Positions 61,966 through 64,000 of a stretch of 64,000 nt of DNA are shown in pieces (positions within the stretch are counted from its first letter, which is position 1; the number at the start of each line of letters is the position of its first letter). The stretch is taken from contig CAZYPX010000001.1 in the NCBI GenBank assembly GCA_964649675.1, forward strand, positions 10,470 through 74,469. The letters run 5' to 3'. Under the pieces are notes generated by a model. The model saw only the letters and a program-made list of their open reading frames with translations, made no database searches and was not told the DNA's origin. The stretch is from an uncultured Rhodospirillaceae bacterium. GTDB lineage: Bacteria > Pseudomonadota > Alphaproteobacteria > UBA9219. Position numbers and translations under genes: made by a program.

Positions 61966-62135
61966 AAGCAGAACGCTTCACAAAGCCTAGCTCATTGATA
62001 GGCGCAGACCCTGACTCTGCTTGATTGTTGCCGTTTCACCAGCAAAAACCAGGGGCTTTTTGCGCAAGCCCTCGTTCCCCCCCCCCCCTTCTCGCAGAGG
62101 AGCGGAACGCCGCTTTATCTTTTTCGCTATTGAGA

Positions 62136-62693
62136 CTACTTGGCGCTGAGGATCATGACGATCTGGCGGCCTTCGAAGCTGGGTTCGCTTTCGACCTTGC
62201 CGATGGCATCCAGTTCCTCGCGGACGCGTTTAAGCAGGGTTTGCGCGATTTCCTGATGCGACATCTCGCGGCCGCGGAAGCGCAGCGTGATTTTCACCTT
62301 GTCGCCGTTTTCCAGAAACGATTTGGCGTTCTTCATTTTGATGTTGAAGTCATGATCGTCGATCATCGGGCGAAGCTTGATTTCCTTAAGCTCGATCACC
62401 TTTTGCTTTTTGCGCGCTTCGGCGGCTTTCTTTTGCATCTCGTATTTATATTTGCCCGAGTCGAGAATCTTGCATACGGGCGGATCGGCGTTGGGCGAAA
62501 TTTCTACGAGATCAAGTCCGGCTTCTTCGGCCAAGGCCATGCCTTCTCGTACCGTCATGACGCCGCGCATTTCTCCTGCCGCATCGATTACACGAATTTG
62601 CCTTGCGACGATGGCGCCGTTAATGCGGGGGCCATCCGTTTTATCTTTCCGGAAGCCGTCTTGGCGATCCCGGGCTGGTTGTGGACGAACGAT
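62136..62693 (-). CDS. infC: translation initiation factor IF-3 with non-AUG (AUC) start
   Basis: …[22 protein letters not shown]… is classical IF-3. The frame is open upstream with no ATG. An ATC codon at 62691-62693 lies 8 nt after an AAGGAG RBS. Confidence 0.75.
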   Translation of the reverse strand: MVRPQPARDRQDGFRKDKTDGPRINGAIVARQIRVIDAAGEMRGVMTVREGMALAEEAGLDLVEISPNADPPVCKILDSGKYKYEMQKKAAEARKKQKVIELKEIKLRPMIDDHDFNIKMKNAKSFLENGDKVKITLRFRGREMSHQEIAQTLLKRVREELDAIGKVESEPSFEGRQIVMILSAK

Positions 62694-63109
62694 GGAAAAA
62701 TCTCCTTTGGTTGTTGTCTATATCTTGATGACCGAAAAACGCTTGTTTTTTTAATTAGCCCCAAAAGCCAGAGCATGATGTACAGATACGCGCGTCCAAG
62801 GCCAGATCTATAATTAGGCGGTCTACGCTATTTTGGTCAAGTAAGGAACGTTAAATGTGGGCCGGAGAATTTCTCATTGCATGGCGTTGGTTAAAGGCTT
62901 TTTTACGTAAAAGTGAGGCACCCATGATTGTTTTTCGACGTTTTTGGGTGTAAGAGAGCCGTTCCTGAGAGGGCCCAAAGACACAGCCATCAAAAACCCC
63001 TAAAAAGCCTTTGAAAAAAAAGGGTTTTTACTTCTAGAGAATATTTGGGATTATAGCCTTGATTTTGTATAGTAGAGTTAACTTTTATATTTAGGCAATA
63101 GAACACCCC

Positions 63110-63763
63110 ATGAGCAATGGACAATCTGTAATGATCACAATCCCGCAGATCAAGGCCGCCCGAGCTCTTTTGGGATGAACGCAGCGGGATTTGGCCAAGA
63201 CAAGCGGCATTTCGTTGGCGGCAATAGCCCAGATCGAGAGCGGCGCAGGCAATCCGCGTCTTGGAACGATGCGTGTCATTCAAAACGCTTTTGAGAGGCA
63301 TGGGGTCGAATTTTCTGATGATCCGGGGGTTCGCGTTCAGGCGGAACCGTTCGACGTTATAGTGTGGCAGGGGCGCGAGGCTGTTGAACGGCTTTGGAAC
63401 GATATCGAGGAGACGATGGGCGATGGCGGCGTATTATCGGTCAGTGCGATGCGTCACCACATCTGGGAGGAGTTGTTTCCCGGGCGCGTAAAAGAAGTTT
63501 ATGAAAGCCGCGTCAAGAAGAACATAAGCATGCGTGGGCTGTTCGCGAAGATAGAAGACAACACGACGTGGCCGTCCGAGAGTTGCCGTCTTGTGCCGCT
63601 TGACGCGCTCAACACGCACACGCCGCACTACATCTATGCCGACAAAGTGGCGCTCGTAAAGCTGACCGATCCCTTGCGCGTCGTCTTGATCCGCAATCCA
63701 ACGCTGGCGGAAAGCTTTCTCAAACAGTTCCAGTTTCTGTGGGACACCGGTAAAAAATTCTAG
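63110..63763 (+). pseudogene. XRE-type HTH protein, paralogue 4, with in-frame TGA replacing the conserved Trp codon
   Basis: ATG 63110 gives MSNGQSVMITIPQIKAARALLG-TGA-TQRDLAKTSGISLAAIAQIESG… In the paralogues this position is W (ALLDWSQ, VLAGWDA). The rest of the 217 codons are intact and carry the shared C-terminal blocks. Confidence 0.5.
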
Positions 63764-64000
63764 CGCAAATCCGGCGGCGTCGATTCCATGACGATCAGCT
63801 TGACCGCATCTTCGAGCTTCAGGATTTCCTGAGCCTCGCCTCCAAGGCGGCGTAATGCCACCGTGTGTCCTTCGGCTTCCTTCTTGCCGACGACAAGGAT
63901 CAAAGGAACCTTTTGTAAACTGTGATCGCGGATTTTGGCGTTGATCTTTTCCGGACGCAGGTCCGTTTCAACGCGCAGACCCGCCGCATCCAACGCCTTG
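63760..64000 (-). CDS. thrS: threonyl-tRNA synthetase, 3' (anticodon-binding) part; gene continues beyond the window
   Basis: …[41 protein letters not shown]… is a typical ThrS C-terminus. It has the conserved thrS-infC synteny. Confidence 0.8.
   Translation of the reverse strand, partial: KALDAAGLRVETDLRPEKINAKIRDHSLQKVPLILVVGKKEAEGHTVALRRLGGEAQEILKLEDAVKLIVMESTPPDLR

Noticed and set aside
62025-62813. 262-aa plus-strand ORF
   Set aside because: Entirely antisense to infC, which has an unmistakable IF-3 sequence. This is a high-GC antisense frame artefact.

Overview
The window falls into two parts. Positions 1 to about 38.4 kb look AT-richer than the rest and have the character of a horizontally acquired island or degenerate prophage. 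This island ends at a 3' fragment of a tRNA gene (about 38430-38482), which looks like an attachment-site remnant, and lies next to a recQ gene inactivated by an in-frame TAG. From about 38.7 kb onward the sequence is GC-rich alphaproteobacterial core genome. Recognisable core genes include polA, hrcA, typA, ybdK, a LysE-family exporter, mntP and mbfA, dinB, an OpgC-like acyltransferase, a GGDEF-EAL protein, an lpxD-like gene with an ACP and a KAS II gene, MlaC, queH, infC and the 3' end of thrS.

The island carries four kinds of content:
- a phage lysis-type cassette with overlapped spanin-like genes;
- three separate defence-like modules: (1) a PHP-domain fused to an ABC/SMC-like coiled-coil ATPase, currently split by a 136-bp palindromic MITE-like insertion; (2) an operon of Xis, a truncated MTase-like protein, a gamma-class N6A methyltransferase and a T5orf172(GIY-YIG-like)-SF2 helicase; (3) a WYL regulator with a PD-(D/E)xK nuclease, convergent with a Dna2/Nhi-like Fe-S nuclease-SF1 helicase;
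- a large orphan enzyme cluster with the following components:
  - ArgH-like lyase, M20 ArgE-like peptidase and ArgG-like synthetase;
  - two amidinotransferase/DDAH-superfamily enzymes;
  - two glutamine-dependent AsnB-like amidoligases;
  - a divergent GCS2-like carboxylate-amine ligase and a NUDIX-like protein;
- an expanded family of 5 paralogues with an N-terminal XRE-type HTH and a conserved C-terminal domain of about 150 aa; one of these lies in the core next to thrS and infC and carries an in-frame TGA at the conserved Trp codon.

The enzyme cluster together with the paralogous HTH family is the best candidate for an undescribed system. The chemistry suggests ureido/guanidino-group conversion (ArgG/ArgH logic plus guanidino-modifying enzymes) combined with amide-bond formation, embedded in a defence island. 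No rRNA, intact tRNA or CRISPR array was seen.
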